DNA of 64,000 nucleotides from Spirulina sp. (GTDB lineage Bacteria; Cyanobacteriota; Cyanobacteriia; Phormidesmidales; Phormidesmidaceae): NCBI GenBank assembly GCA_044070495.1, contig JBIPSI010000030.1, positions 1 to 64,000 of the forward strand, read 5' to 3'. Shown piece by piece: positions 62,719 to 64,000 of this stretch (position 1 is its first letter; each line of letters starts with the position of its first letter). The notes under the pieces were generated by a model. It saw only the letters and a program-made list of their open reading frames with translations, ran no database searches and was not told where the DNA came from. The position numbers and the translations under genes were made by a program.

Positions 62719-64000
62719 CTAGGTTGGCTCGATGAGGTCGGTTAAGGATTGCTGGAGTTCTGCGGTGAGTGTCTCAACGGCGGCTTTAGCGGTGCGGCGG
62801 GATTCCGCATAGGTGGGCCAGCGATCCGTCACGTTAATCGGCTGTCCTAGGGTGATGATCGCCTGTCTCTGACCGAGTTGGGGGCGCTTGGGCACCGGGG
62901 TTCCCTTCACCCGTTCCACCATGTCGAACAGAATCAGGCTGGTTTCTGCGAGGCGCTCAAAGCTGGGAGCCTCGCCCACATGGCTACCGCTCACCGCCAC
63001 AAAGCTTTCCACCAGGCGCATGTGGCGCAGGTGCATTCTGGCATCCTGGGCCACCCAGTTGGCCAAGCCTCGGTCAAAGGCAGGTAGGTGGTCGGGATGG
63101 CCAATGTCTTCGCGATAGATCCAGTTCCACCCCGCTTCCTCTAGGCGGCGGCAGCGGGTTTCTAGGCTACCGCTGTGGGGTAGGCCAAAGAACCGTTCTC
63201 CCACTTCCAAGGCTCGGTTCAGCAAAGCTTGCAGCCGTTGGGCAATGTCCTGCGGTGTTGCGGCGTGATCCTGGGGTAGGCTCTCCAGCGGTTTTTCCAG
63301 TTCTGGCCATGGCCCCCCGTGGAAGCGGGCGTAAAATTGCTCCATCTGGCCGAGAAGGTGATAGCCCAGGATGATCAGCCGCTGATAATAGTCTGCGGTC
63401 GTGGCGGTGGCTGACAGAGACCGCACCATTAAGCCACAGTCCGCCTCTAGCTGGTTTAGAAGGCGATTCAGCGCTTCCCAATTGGGGTTGGGATAGACAT
63501 ACTGCAACCCCACGGGCAGTAGGATCACGGTTTCTGTGCGCTGGGCCTTTTGCAGATCTTCCACGGCCCAAAAGGCCACCTGGGCCGTACCAGGTTCTAG
63601 GGGGCTAATCACTTCCCCGTGGCCGTTGGTGGCCCCCTCTGGGGCAATGGTGACGGGGAAGGGGCCATTCACCAAATGTTCCCGCACCGACTTGAGGGCC
63701 TTCAAATCTAGCCGCCGCCCCCGATGCACCGGAATCCCGCCCATGCTGGCAAAGAACCACTCCAGCCAAGACCCCGCCCACAGCGGCATTCCTCGGTCGT
63801 ACATAAAAAAGCTGTGGATGGGCCGCTTCAGGGAAATTCCCATTCGCCGCGCCGCCTGGGGCACCAGTCGCGAAAACAGGTAGGACAAGCTGAGGGGATC
63901 ATCCACCTGGCTGTGGCGAAAGGCCATCAACAGCCGAATCTCGCCCTGCTGAAATCGATGGAAGAGATCCGCCAGCACCTCTGGATTTTTGCAGGTGACG
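62719..64000 (-). CDS. Phospholipid/glycerol acyltransferase family protein (5' end outside window)
   Basis: RHSQVDD (HxxxxD-like) and APEGATNG motifs. Confidence 0.8.
   Translation of the reverse strand, partial: VTCKNPEVLADLFHRFQQGEIRLLMAFRHSQVDDPLSLSYLFSRLVPQAARRMGISLKRPIHSFFMYDRGMPLWAGSWLEWFFASMGGIPVHRGRRLDLKALKSVREHLVNGPFPVTIAPEGATNGHGEVISPLEPGTAQVAFWAVEDLQKAQRTETVILLPVGLQYVYPNPNWEALNRLLNQLEADCGLMVRSLSATATTADYYQRLIILGYHLLGQMEQFYARFHGGPWPELEKPLESLPQDHAATPQDIAQRLQALLNRALEVGERFFGLPHSGSLETRCRRLEEAGWNWIYREDIGHPDHLPAFDRGLANWVAQDARMHLRHMRLVESFVAVSGSHVGEAPSFERLAETSLILFDMVERVKGTPVPKRPQLGQRQAIITLGQPINVTDRWPTYAESRRTAKAAVETLTAELQQSLTDLIEPT

Overview
Chromosomal window from a GC-rich cyanobacterium. 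A Leptolyngbya/Nodosilinea-like filamentous form is my inference from gene content and repeat style. The core genes are psaB-psaA, cpcG, glgB, two GH57-type glycoside hydrolases, a Crp-family regulator, a rhomboid protease, hli-lilA, a sensor kinase, pdhC, phoX, glnN (with a canonical NtcA promoter), chlH, metK, rps1, nrdR and acnA. Accessory blocks interrupt this core. (i) An AT-rich stack of toxin-antitoxin/Uma2/ParA cassettes and fragments at 21.6-25.8 kb, punctuated by 70-bp REP-type repeats and a 131-bp MITE. (ii) A 1.7-kb two-gene coiled-coil insert bounded by near-identical hairpins (33.1-34.8 kb). (iii) A low-GC DUF262 + HEPN pair with further TA remnants (44.6-47.6 kb). (iv) A five-gene contractile injection system baseplate/anchor module with no tube, sheath or spike genes (48.0-55.6 kb). 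GTAG-type REPs and other palindromic dispersed repeats are frequent. By eye, the HIP1 octamer appears absent while CCTAGG is common. No rRNA, tRNA or CRISPR array was recognised. All family assignments come from motif recognition, not database searches.
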